A stretch of 64,000 nt of DNA, taken from assembly GCF_006345805.1 (NCBI RefSeq), contig NC_042998.1, forward strand, positions 108,624,001 to 108,688,000, in the 5' to 3' direction. This document shows positions 26,257 to 42,811 of this stretch, piece after piece. The translations under genes and the position numbers were made by a program. How positions within the stretch are numbered: position 1 is the stretch's first letter; each line of letters starts with the position of its first letter. Below the pieces are notes generated by a model. It made no database searches, was not told where the DNA came from, and saw nothing but the letters and a program-made list of their open reading frames with translations. The stretch is from Octopus sinensis. Its lineage: Eukaryota.

Positions 26257-26305
<49 letters not shown>

Positions 26306-26382
26306 ACACACACACACACACACACACACATGCGTGCATTTATAATACAGTAAAGTAAACAATATCTGGATAATGACCAGAA

Positions 26383-26750
26383 GATGGCTGTGTGGTAAGT
26401 AGCTCGCTTACTAATCACATTGTTCTTGGTTCAGTCCCACTGCGTGGAACCTTGGGCAAGTGTTTTCTACTATAACCTCGGGCCGACCAAAGCCTTGTGA
26501 GGGATTTGGTTGACGGAAACTGAAAGAAGTCTGTCGTATATATATATATATGCATATGTTTGTGTGTCTGTGTTTGTCCACCCAACATATCACTTGACAA
26601 CCGATGCTGGTGTGGTTACGTCCCCATCACTTAGTGGTTCGGCAAGAGAGACCGAGAGAATAAGTACTAGGCTTACAAAGGATAAGTCCTGGGGTCGATT
26701 TGCTCGACTAAAAGCGCAGTCAAATGACTGAAACAAATAGAAGAACAAAA
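26383..26750 (+). mobile_element. Full SINE family B (CORE-like) copy
   Basis: tRNA-like head gatggctgtgtggtaagtagctcgc..ggttcagtccca, CORE-like ccttgggcaagtg, internal (TA)/(TG), tail cagtcaaatgactgaaac. Confidence 0.88.
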
Positions 26751-26875
26751 GGAAGAAAAGCGTTCAGTATGAATGGTGGTGTTTTGTAAACATACTGTAA
26801 GGTCCAATGATAATATTTACAAATGGATCTTCAACTAAAAATATAATCCAATTAGGAAAATGTGAGTGTGGGCAT

Positions 26876-26966
<91 letters not shown>

Positions 26967-28291
26967 GATGTGTGAAAACGTAAAACGGTATTCAACATAT
27001 CTAGTAAATTTCATTCGTTTCAAGCTGATGATTATCTGCATTGCTACTCTTAAGTATTTTTGTTCTGTGCGATCATTCAGGCGATGAAAGTCACCTGGAC
27101 GATCTCGCTTAATGTGAAGCTCAGAAGCAGCGATAGAGTGAATCATTACATTACCCCCCCCCCCCACACACACACACACTACATTAGATATTGAAAGGGC
27201 TGGGTGAAAAGTTATAAACGAAGCAAACTTGAAAGTCTTGGTTTCATAAAATATATGTAAAGCATATATTATGGGTTTGTTTAAAATTTCCTGAAATTTC
27301 TTAGTCAGATTTCTTATTGCTACGGATAAACAATTAAACAGCTGGCATTTCTAAAGTCACGGTTGTTGTAATATAATATCTTCGCTGTGGTATTGGCTGG
27401 AAAGTTTGGTGAGGTAGAAGACCTGCTTTCTAGTTTACTTTTTATTTTTATGAAATCTCGTAGAGAGTGGCATTTTTGATGTTGAATGTTTTAGAACTTC
27501 AGTTTTGTTGAAAGGGTTTGACGAAGTTACACCGCACATGCTAGTAATATATTAGTATTACATTTGGTGTTTGTTTGGCTATTGCACTACATAGAAAAAC
27601 GAAAACTATCGAACAAAAAGAAAAATAAATCTAGAACTTTTTCAACGATTGCTTTACACATATGACCTCCATCTGAGCGCCGGATGCAAGCCTATGTTCG
27701 AACGGTTTCTATCCTAGTGCCTTATGTATCTAAGATAAGATTATCGAAAGTGTTGCTCCTTTTATAGACTGTATAATAAAATATGAAGGGGGCTTTAGCT
27801 GCTATTTCTAGCATGAAGGCGGAACATGTATATCATTTCTCCCAAATCATTCATATCTAAGTTACAGGGAACAGTTTGTCTGCTTTTAAGTTTTCTCGAA
27901 AGACTTTTAGTAACAAAACCCAGCCGGAGACATCCATGCAAGATGTCTCTGACTGAGAGGTAACTCTGACTGACACATATCTAAGCGACAGACATATCCA
28001 AGCTTATGAAAGAAACAAATCTATAATAACTACACTCCCCCACCCTACACACACACTACGGTTCTGAAATTTACAAGAATGATATTTTTTCTTGACAGGT
28101 ACATAATATTATTTCTTTGGCATATTTAAGATAGGATGACTGGTATTTTTTTTCTCACTATTGTAATATGGAGAGAGGAGAAAAAGTAGAGATACAGCAC
28201 AGAAATATAAAATATATCTGTTAAACCTTATCCATAGGCTGGTATTGGAGTAAGACGTACAGAACTATATTAACAAAATCTGCCAACCGAA

Positions 28292-28368
<77 letters not shown>

Positions 28369-28371
28369 TAT

Positions 28372-28403
<32 letters not shown>

Positions 28404-28546
28404 ATATATAATATATATATATATATATATATAATATACATATATATAGATATATATATATATACACAACATATAGTAATTATATTATAATATATACATA
28501 TATTATATATATATATATATACATATATATATACATTAAGATATAC

Positions 28547-28630
<84 letters not shown>

Positions 28631-29633
28631 TATATGTATGTATGCATGTATGCAGGTATCTATGTATGTGTGTGTATTTGTGTATGTATTATATATATAT
28701 TAATTATATATACATATAATATATATATAATATATATATATAACATATATATATATATATTTATGCATACACATGCACTCATAGACACAAGTTCACACAG
28801 ACACGTGCGTGGTTGTGTGTGGGTGTAGTCGTATATGTGTATATGTATGTATATGAATGTGTACACGTGTGTGTGTGTGTGTGTTCAGCGTGCGTCTGGA
28901 GGTAAGGAGGAGGCTCCCAGTGAAACGAATAACAAACCGGGAGAAGACAATTCGGTTATCAAATGTCACTTCACTTATACAGTTAAAGACTCTTGGAGGT
29001 GTAACAGTCACTGTTACTGTTTTCCATATCATTCGTAAGATACTTTTGATAAAGGAAATCAAATCAATTCAATGATCTGGATAATAACTGTAGTGAAACA
29101 TTAATTACAGTTACATATTTACTATGATGCGTGTAAGGCATGCGCGCATGTATGTATACATGTGCTCGTGAGTGTGTGTGTATATATAAATATAAATATA
29201 AATATATATGTGTGTGTATGTGTGTGTGTGCGTGTGTGTGTCTATGTCTATGTATGTATATGTATCTATGTATGTATATGTGTATGTATGAATATAAGTA
29301 TTGTATGTATGGGTGGATACATGTATATACAGACTCGGCACATATATTAGATGCATACATTAATGCATGTATACCTTCACATATAGACATACATATATGC
29401 AACCAGTATCACTTATACAGCTAGAGTAAAAATCGTAGATTATGTGTCATTTTCCTTATATACACGAGTATGTATATACTAATGTATATGTACGTATATA
29501 CACATATATGTGTGTGTGTATGTGTGTGTGTGCGTGCCCGCGCGTGTATATATTAATATATGTGTACATATATACACATATGTATGTATCTAACTATCTA
29601 TACACACACACACACACATATATATAAATATAA

Positions 29634-29694
<61 letters not shown>

Positions 29695-29834
29695 ATATAT
29701 AATATATAATATATAATATATGTGTACACTTAGAAGCATACTCACACACACATACAATATATATATATTCTTTTTTATAAACACAAGCACAACCTACGTA
29801 TAAACATATATATGTATACATACATACATAATAC

Positions 29835-29869
<35 letters not shown>

Positions 29870-30139
29870 ATATATATATATGTATATACCTCTGTAAGGT
29901 TTATGTGTATGTTTGTGTGTGTGTATATTATATATGTGTATATATATATATGTATATATGTATGCATGCATGAGTGTGTGTATATATACTCAGACCCACA
30001 TTATGTATGTATATGTGCATGCATGTATGTATGTATGTATGTATGTATGTATGTATGTATGTATGTATGTATGTATGCATGTACGTTACTTTGGTTATCT
30101 GGATAGATAGTTGTATAATGGATCCTATAAAAATTACCC

Positions 30140-32582
<2,443 letters not shown>

Positions 32583-33992
32583 TGGCTGTAGCAGTAGTGA
32601 GTGGTCAAGTCTAGCAAGACAAAAAAAAACGTGGTTGTCCCCTTTTAGTCGTCGTTCTTGACTTGTAGAACTATTATCAAAGTCTGGTTATGTGGAATGT
32701 TTTAATGCGGCAGTGTTACCGAAATTTGAATGACCTACTGGCGGGGTCATTTTGGTAATATATATTATATATATATATATATAATATATATATATATACA
32801 TATATATATACATGTATACATATATATGTATGTATATATATATATATATACATATACATACATATATATATACCACCTATATTCTTGATATTTCCCTCTA
32901 CATTCTTTCTAATTTCTTTGCCTCTCTTTCTTTTCACTTTTCGTTTCCTTCGCTAAACAATTCTTCTCTAAATACACAGTATAAACAAATATAATTTGCA
33001 TATTGAAATAAAAACAAAACCTACAATACGTCTTTTCCTTTACAAGTAAGTATATACACAAGGAAATATACATACACGCACATATATAGAACGTACACTT
33101 TTCTATAATCAACATTTTCACATAATTACACACCAAATATCCATTGATTTACATACATACATATTTACATACATACACACATATGTCTATATATATATAT
33201 ATTTACATACAGACACATACATACATAAATACATAATGCATACATAAATACATCTTTGTCATAGACAAGAACACAATATTGCTACATACATTTTATTTGG
33301 TGGGAGAGAATTTTCTCCCACCACGAGGTCCCCACCCACCCAAAAAACCTCGTGTCACTTGCCCCTAACCAGCAGCGGGGGAGTTTGTCGGAATCCTGCG
33401 AACTCTTTAAATCAAGGTGAGTTGAATCGTAGAAAACTAGTGATTAATACTAACAAAAGAAAAAAAAATCTTGCAAAACAGTAATGAAGAAAAAAACAAA
33501 ATTTAAAAAGTCAGGTCAATCTTGATTGTTGTGTTATATATTTTTTTCTAGTTATGTGCTTATGCTACTTTGATCTTTATTCTTAAGCAGTATAATTATA
33601 TACAAGTCGCGTGCATATTTCAAACACACACACACACACACACACACACAAATACACACACAAATACACACACGTATATAATCTTAACTTATCAATTTAT
33701 CCTCTAAATATAACAACACGTTCACACATCTTATTTGTGTATATATATATATACACATATATATATTATATACACACACATATCTTTATGTATATACTTA
33801 TATGTATGTGTGTGTGTGTGTGTGTATAAATCTACTGATCTGCCACCTATATATAACTATACGTATACATGTGTGTGTGTATGTGACTGTGAGTGAGTGT
33901 GTGCACGCGTCTCTATAAATTCAATGATTTAACACCTATAGGTAACAATACATATATAGCAAGCACGCACACGCACGCACTCACATACACAC

Positions 33993-34025
<33 letters not shown>

Positions 34026-34516
34026 ATACACACACATACGCACACACATCGATATCTCAATAGTTCGTACGTTTTCAAATAATTGTTTAGTAGCTTTCAA
34101 GGTTATTGATTAAATTTTTTTTTAAGAACAAGGATACTTTCAAATCTAGTTATCTATATTATTTCATCTTTGTGGTTATGCAACGATGATGATGATGATC
34201 TGGAAGGGATGTTAATATTTTTATATTTTAAAAGAGAAATAGAAAAAGAATCAACGCGTAAACTCAAATACTGTTTAGTATTTTTATTTAGTTTTTTTTT
34301 TTTTACGTTTGAATTGAAATTAAACCATGCATGGATAAAAAAATAAATGTACCTGTCAAGTAATCGGCTGTACACATTTTTCAATATCAGAAGATTGTAG
34401 TACTTAATGAAAAAACAAAGAAGCATTATTACTTATCTGTAGAGTAATCGCTAGTCAAATAGTAGCGCTGATTTCATCAACTAACCCAGCACAGGAAATT
34501 TCTGTGCTTCTTGTCG

Positions 34517-34565
<49 letters not shown>

Positions 34566-34585
34566 TATTATTATTATTGTTGTTG

Positions 34586-34618
<33 letters not shown>

Positions 34619-34645
34619 GTGCTAGTAACAGCAGTAGCAGCAGGT

Positions 34646-34690
<45 letters not shown>

Positions 34691-35547
34691 ATAGTAGTAG
34701 TAGTAGTAGTAGTAGTATATTTGTAAATGGGTTACTCGGTATTATGAGTTTCGCCAGAAGGTTGCAAGAAGAGTGTAGGGGTTAATTTCTTCCGAATCGA
34801 GGGCACTAGAAATTCTGGGTTTTCCAAAAATAGTTCTCGCCACATTTGTGTGTATGTGTGTGTGTGTGCGTGCGCGCGTGTGTGTGCGTGTGCGCGTGCG
34901 TACATGCGTGTATACGTATGTGAGTGTGTATGTCTAATTAGATACATAATTAAATACATACGAATATAGATAAATGGATAGATAATAGATAGATAGATAG
35001 ACAGACAGACGGACAGATAGATATATAGACAGACAGACAGATAAATTGATTGATAAATTGATAGATAGATAAATAGATAGATAGATATATAGATAGATAG
35101 ATAGATAACTCTGCTTGTGTGTGTAATGATCGCCATCATATATTATCGTCGTCATCCTCCTCCTCCACATCATCATCGTCATCATTATCATAATGACATA
35201 TACATAAAAAATATTGCGTCCTTGTCGTCACGAGCAAACACACACGCACACACATTCTCTCTTTCTCCCATCCCTCTCGAACAGATCATTTAGGATGTAA
35301 TTAGTACAGGAATAGATGGCTGCCCCAGTCAAGGGCTATCACTTAACTGATCGACCTCGAAAGACAAAGTTACTCCCGACGAGATGTGAACTCAGAGTGC
35401 AGAGAACTGGAAGGAAAATCTCAACACATTCTCTCGGATGCTTGAGTCACTCATGCATACACAAATACATGTGCGCTTCTACCCACACACATATCTGTGT
35501 CAGCATATATGTACATGTATGCGAGATTGCGATATACGTGTGTGTGT

Positions 35548-35587
<40 letters not shown>

Positions 35588-35601
35588 TATATAATTTATA
35601 T

Positions 35602-35634
<33 letters not shown>

Positions 35635-36219
35635 ATGTATAGATATATATATATACACATATAAATGTGTGTATGTGATGTGTGTAAGTGTACATGTCAA
35701 GTATTGTATTTAGAAAAGATTGTACCGTGAAATACTCGTTTCCATGTACCTCTGATTGCAATCATAGTTAACCCGATCGGCATCATAACCATCAACTTCA
35801 TAACATCATTGTCATAACCAATATTATCAGTCTCATCAACATTGTAAATAACTACATACCGTTATTTCTTAACAAACCACACCAACGCCTGTTTAGACAT
35901 TTTAGTCATATGTTTTTTTCTAATTTCGCAAAGTGTAATTTCCGTTAGTGAGGCTAATGTTTTTGTAATCCTAGTTATGCGTGTCTATGTTTATCAATTT
36001 TTTGTTTTGTATATTTCTTACATATGCACAAAAACACACATATAAATAGACATATATACATACATGCATTTCTGTTCACGTTTGGCAATTATCAAGTATC
36101 GATGCACCTTTGCTGATGATATTGCCGCTTAAATACATAATTATTACCTTTTACGCCCGCAACTACCGTAGATGTATCTATCTATAATAATCACAATCAT
36201 TATGAGAAGTGATAGAGCG

Positions 36220-36680
36220 TATGTTCCAACATGGCTAAGCGTTAATACATCACTTAAGCGATACAGACATTCGCTACTTCCGGATGACCTTTTAGGAACA
36301 GCTTCCTCTCGGCCCATTTCGGAGTACGATAGGCTTCTCTGCTCGCGACCATTGCCCAGTTTTTATCCACCTGCATGTCTCATTTTAACCAGATTCCAAG
36401 CACCTTAATCGGGCGCTTGGCCTAACTACAGAAACTGGCATCCTGGTACTTGCCTCTTGAAGTACCAAGCTTCAAGCCTACCAACTTGTCTTGCTCAATG
36501 CATGATCTTGTTACCTATTGGTATTCTTCTGTCTCGAATTCCGATATATTTGACACCATGGCGATGATATCGACCTCATATTATAGATGTGGTTCTCCTG
36601 TGTCCCAGTTAAAACGGGATATCCCCTACCGTCTTCAGCCTCGGCATCAAAGATTCCAACACCAAAAACATATAGACATA
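36220..36680 (-). mobile_element. L1-clade (Tx1-like) LINE RT fragment
   Basis: Minus frame: LESLMPRLKTVGDIP..YEVDIIAMVS (degenerate YADD), KLVGLKLGT, PIKVLGIW, VDKNW, KWAERKLFLKG.EVAN. Confidence 0.75.
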
Positions 36681-37006
36681 TGAAAGAGCCTATGTTTCAT
36701 GTAACGAAAACGAGATGTGAATCTATTCCACTCGGTAGCCGTTGAGACAAACGTGAAGAATGATGGGTAAGGTTATTGTTTTCTACCAGGACACCGAGAG
36801 AGGAGAGAGGAGTGAGGGAGAGAGTGGGCAAGAGAGAAAAAGAGAGGGATTGGAGAGAAGACAAATACAGAGAAACGCAGACACAGGGAGAGAAGAAGGA
36901 AGAACTGCAAAACGGAATAGTTATATAGAGATGATTGCTTCGAAATTTATAACATGTAAAATGTCACTTTTTCCATTATCATTATGATCTACTATAATAA
37001 ACGTCG

Positions 37007-37367
37007 GTTACGATGACGAAACTCCCAGTTGATCCGATCAACAGAACAGCCTGCTCGTGAAATTAACGTGCAAGTGTCTGAGCATTCCACAGAAACGTGT
37101 ATCTTTAACGTAGTTCTCGGGGAGATTCAACGTGACACAGAGTATGACAAGACTGGCCCTTTGAAATACAGGTACAACAGAAACAGGAAGAAAGAGTGAG
37201 AGAAAGTTGTGGGGAAAGAGTACTGCAGGGTTCGCCACTATCAACTGCCGGAGCATCGTGGAGATTCAGGTGTTTTCGCTCAATAAACACTCCCGGTCTG
37301 TGAATCGAAACCACAAGCCTACGACCGTGTGTCCGCTGCCCTAACCGGTGGGCCATTGAGCCTCCAC
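37007..37367 (-). mobile_element. SINE family D, full length
   Basis: Reverse complement starts ggaggctcaatggcccaccggttagggcagcggac..ggtttcgattc (A/B boxes); its 5' ~175 nt match the copy at 44667. Confidence 0.85.
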
Positions 37368-37443
37368 CCTATAATAACCACAACAACAATAACCACAGCT
37401 GCTGCTACTACTAATACTAATACTGCTGCTGCTGCTGCTGCTG

Positions 37444-37507
<64 letters not shown>

Positions 37508-40149
37508 AAGAAATAGTTCTAACACTCTTAATATTTTGTGGGTGGGAGTGAGTACCATCGGTTATATTAACCACTATACCCCACACGTATATATTTAATT
37601 GATACCGTGAACGATGAAAGATAAATTTAACACAGTTCTATGTGAACATAATATAAAGAAATGTAACTACCAAAATTCTTCCTGTAGCTGTTGCTGTTTT
37701 TAACAAGAACAATGATTCCTGTTCTTGAACATCAAAGACTGAAGACTGAGGAGAGTATAAATGCGAAATACAACGGAAAACTTCAAAGAAAAAATAGTGG
37801 ATGATTTATAATATAATATTGCCTTAAATATTATAAATATATAGGTAGCAATAAATAACTATAACACAATAGAACAACAAATTACGAATAAGAATGGATC
37901 CTAAGATCTTTTTTTTTTATTCAAATATTCTTATGTCCATCGCAAAAAGAGGTAGAAATAGGGGGACTCGTGGCACTCTGTATACAACCCCCAACTTCAA
38001 TTGCGTCAATCAAGCAAATTCTTTCGCCATGGCCAATATGCGGAAGACTAAAGAAATTCTTGCCAAATGAAGATGGTGCGTCGAACTTCACAATACATTC
38101 AATTGATAGTTAGATATGTCCTGCACGTGAAGTTGCCGCACATACTATACTATTCAATTATCTTCCTTCCTTTTTTTTAATCATTAGGTAACTTTTCGTT
38201 CTATCAATTCTTGGTTTCGAGGCGACAATTTTATCACAGACTGTAAAACATGATGGCAAAAGTACATTGGATCTTCATGTCGATACGCCTAGACACGCAC
38301 GCGCCTACCCCTCCTCCACTTATCTATCTATCTCTCTGTATAGGTAGCTATTTTGATTTCTAACATTGCCTCATGTCCACACAATTTGGAACAGGTTAGA
38401 ATCTTTTATTTGACCAGCATCGAGTCTTCTTTATTTGACCGACCTCGGGAAAGATGAAACACAAGATTGATCTCGAAGCGATTTGCATATAGAAAAAACA
38501 TTTTGGCTAACGCTCTAGGCGTCTACCAACCCACAACGCTGGCAGTTACATGGACAACTGTAAAGGCTACTCTACAAAATCCTCCAAGTGTTTATCATGT
38601 ATTTACAAAAAAAATAAATAAATAAATAAATGGAAAAGTGTCCTAAATTAGCTTTGCTACACAGAGGCAATGAATTATGATTCTTAAACCACTGCCATTC
38701 AATCTTTCTTTTGGCCGTAGTATATTTTGGATTACATAATCTAGTGCATAATTTATTAAAACGGCGTCGTTTGAGAGCAATTTGATTTCTTCTTTTCGTT
38801 TGTTAAGTATTCATGTAGTGACCCTGCCCCACTCCTTATTAACTCACCAAGAGTGAATGTTGTTGCTGTTGTTATCTTCGCAGGTCATCTCTGATCAAGC
38901 AGACTATGATCAAAATCATTCCAATCGTGACAGCACCGTCATCTTCTGTGTAGAGTAACCAGTACCGCATTATACAACTTGCCATTTTCCAACACGAAAA
39001 TATATGATGTGAGAGGGAATTGGCTGCAATTTCTAACAAGGCAGAGAGAATTTACTGCTATTTTTACGTCGCGTTGCAATTATAAGACGAGCAAAATGTG
39101 TTGTGTACGATTGTTGTTTGTAGAATTGTTTTCTCGAGTATGTAAGTGTGCCGGTATGCATGTGTAGGCGTGATAGTATATATGCGTGAACGATCGATAA
39201 ATCTGATTTCTATTTATAGACAAAATACTTATTTAGGTGGAATAAAACGTTTAGATATGCTTATGTACACTCATATATACATATATATACGTGTTCATAA
39301 TACATGTATACACTGACATTTATATTGGTCCATGTATACATGTGTTGTGCGTGTGTGTGTGGGTGTGTATACTTACATACAAAGATAATTACGTATATAC
39401 AAACACATACAAGCATACATCCATACAGACTAAGATAAATACATGACTAGGTAAATAGATTGAAGCTATATGCTCACATAAACACATGCACTCAAAGTAA
39501 TCACATATGTACAGTGCATAGAGGTATGAAGACATGAGCATGTTGTAGTTGATAAAAAATGGTTTACGTTTCCCAAACCTTATCGGAGGTGAGTTACAGC
39601 ATGTTATAATACGATGTATGATTAACATTATCATAGTAATCTCTGTTCTACTTTCATTGTAATGTGCACTGATATCAGCATTTCTTGTTATTCTGTTTGT
39701 ATATATATATAATGCATGCGCACGTTCACACACAAACACCCACATATCGCAGAAACTCACTCACTCATATGTGCGCGCGTTCAAAACACACACACACATA
39801 CACACGCACACACTTTGAATATGCAAATCAGGGAGAAACACAGACAAAGCATGCAGTAGAATTTATGTAATTACTTGATTGTCAGCCCTCACTCTATTGC
39901 AATTAAGGGTTCCCAACTTCCGTACTTCACAACAACTAAGCTTAGATATTCACGCTTGAGGTAACTCGATGTGATGAAGGATTAAGACAGGGTAGCAAGG
40001 GACTGATGTTTCACTTTCGAATATATCAATATATAAGAAAAATGTGACACGTATGGCTAACAAACTATATATATATATATATATAGTTTGATATACATGT
40101 ATAGATAGATAGATAGATATGTATGTTGTGTATGTTACTATGTTTATGA

Positions 40150-40350
40150 TGCTGTTTGTCCTCCCACCACAATTTTAAAACTGGTGTTGTACACGTTTCT
40201 GTAATTTAGCTGCTAGGTAAAAGTAGAAAAAAATTCGCGATAGAATAATTACCAGACGTGAAAAATAAGTACTAGAGGCAATTTTTCCGTCTAAACCATT
40301 CAAGGTGATGCCCCAGTGTTGGTGCTGCAGTCCAGTGACTAAAACAAGTG
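40150..40350 (+). mobile_element. Degenerate SINE family B 3' half
   Basis: tgtttgtcctccc...caaggtgatgccccag..gctgcagtccagtgactaaaac. Confidence 0.55.
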
Positions 40351-40356
40351 TTAGAT

Positions 40357-40441
<85 letters not shown>

Positions 40442-40633
40442 TATAGTACAAAGAAGGATAGGGGTTATGGGTGTAACCCACTATGGGATAGCATTTATCC
40501 AATATACTGTTGGTAAAGTACACAGATTCTTGATACATAAATGTTTTTAATTGCAAGGCAATTAACTCATTTATTGTATTAAACGGATGAAGGTAAAGGA
40601 ATATTTTTACCGTAAATTTATAATACAAATAAG

Positions 40634-40966
40634 AAAATGGAGTAACAAATTTTGTTTGTTCATCAACTTTCGGATATTATAATGTTGGATTATTTATTCA
40701 TACATATATATATCTTATAATTCAATACATATTAGATAAGAATACAAATTATAAAAGTCATAATATAAATTATTGAAATCGATTTTAATGATTTCAATAA
40801 TTTATATTATGACCTTTATAATTTGCTTTTTTATCTTATAGGTATTGAATTATAAGATATATATATATATGTATGTTATTGAGGTTTTCATTTTGTTAAT
40901 TGAATAAATAATCCAACATTATAATATCCGAAAGTTGATGAACAAACTAAATTTGTTTCTCCATTT

Positions 40967-40967
<1 letters not shown>
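40634..40967. mobile_element. Fold-back / MITE-like palindromic element between (TA)n tracts
   Basis: Whole element is an imperfect inverted repeat centred on 40781-40789, including a 47-bp perfectly complementary outer segment. Confidence 0.8.
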
Positions 40968-41011
<44 letters not shown>

Positions 41012-41292
41012 ATTTTATTTTTGGATCCTCTATATATATGAAGAATTTCCCTCCGTCTAGCTGTTTTTCTCTCTACAAAATGGAAAGTTGCATTATCGAA
41101 ATGTTATTTTAACGAGTTTTTTATTATCTATTTATCACCTGACGAGATACGTCTGCACCACCGGATACTCCTGTACTAGTTTTTGTGTGTCCCACAAGAG
41201 GAGACGATGTTAGATAGTGAGACTGAGAGACAGAGACATAGAGAGACACATAGACGGATAGATAGACAGACAGATGGGTATGTTGCGTACAT

Positions 41293-41612
41293 AGGCGGAG
41301 GAGTGGCTGTATGGTAAGTAGGTTGCTTACCAACCACATGGTTTCGGGTTCAGTCCCTCCGCGTGGCACCTTGGGCAAGTGTCTTCTATAGCCTCAGGCT
41401 GACCAAAGCCTTGTGAGTGGATTTGGTAAATGGAAACTGAAAGAAGTTGTCGTAAATATATATGTGTGTATATGTGTGTGTGTAGATGTTTGTGTGTCTG
41501 TGTTTGTCCCCCAGCATCGTTGGACAACCTATGTTGGTGTGTTTATGTCCCCGTAACTTAGCAGTTCGGCAATAGCAAACGTTAGCATAAATACTAGGCT
41601 TACAAAGAAGAA
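41293..41612 (+). mobile_element. SINE family B copy, 3'-truncated
   Basis: ggcggaggagtggctgtatggtaagtaggttgcttaccaaccacatggtttcgggttcagtccc..ccttgggcaagtgtcttct. Confidence 0.88.
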
Positions 41613-41660
41613 AGTAGAGCTTCAGCATCCCTCTAATATGTATATAATATATATATACAT

Positions 41661-41713
<53 letters not shown>

Positions 41714-41845
41714 TAAATATATATACTTTTTGCCTGTGTGAATGAGATGAAAGACACCTATATCCATCCCATGCAGGCCTCTTAGGTCTTTCGGGAGGAC
41801 ATTGTAGAGCTGTGAATTTCTGAAGACCAGGCTATTGCAGTGTCT

Positions 41846-41954
<109 letters not shown>

Positions 41955-42006
41955 TGTGTAAATAAAGATATATATATTTATATATATCTATATATCTATA
42001 TATGTA

Positions 42007-42591
42007 GTTTCAGCTCAAAGCTGCGGCCATGCTGATGCACCACAGGTTTGCTACACTGTTATTACTGAGACCCTCCTGCAATATGTGGCAGTTAATGTAG
42101 AATGAAGTTTGATGTAGCTACCCTCATTTGCACCTCTTGCCGTTAGGTAGGTTTATCTGGGACTCTCGACAGGAAGAGCTCCAGCTTTGATTTAAAAACG
42201 CCTACAACTACTTTGTGCAAGTTCCTCAGTTTCTTTGGGAGAATATTAAAAAGCTGTGGGCCCCTGAAACCCAGGCTGTTGCAGTAACTGGTTCTGAAGC
42301 ACGATGGCGCTGCTAGGATCTTTGGCACTATGCAGTGTCATGCCGTTCTGGCATCGGTATAGCTTTCAATGTCAAAATTTGACATAATTCCTTCCAAGAA
42401 CTTCCAGATGTATATTACTGCATATTTCTCCCGCTCTCTCCCCAGGGAGTAAAGTCTTAGCTGTTTCAGCCTTCCCCAGATGCTGAGCAGTTGCAAAGAG
42501 ACAATCTTCTTGTGAATCTTCTCGGGATAGCTTCAAGGTCCGATGTTAATTTCACACTGTTGGGTGACTATAGCTGGGAGCAGTAATCCAG
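42007..42591 (-). mobile_element. CR1/L2-group LINE 3' fragment, copy 1
   Basis: DYCSQL..VKLTSDLEAI.RRF..; GPQLFNILPKKLRNLHKVVVGVFKSKLELFLSRVPDKPT; tail cagcatggccgcagctttgagctgaaac. Confidence 0.8.
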
Positions 42592-42811
42592 TAAATATAT
42601 ATAGATGAATTTTTATATATATATATATATATAAATTATATATATATATATATGCGTGTGTGTGTGTGTGTAAATATATATATAAATATATATATACATA
42701 AATATATGTATAAATCTATATATATGGATATATTTATATATATGAATATATATATACATATATATATAAAATATATATATAAATATACATATATATATTT
42801 TTTTAATTTAA

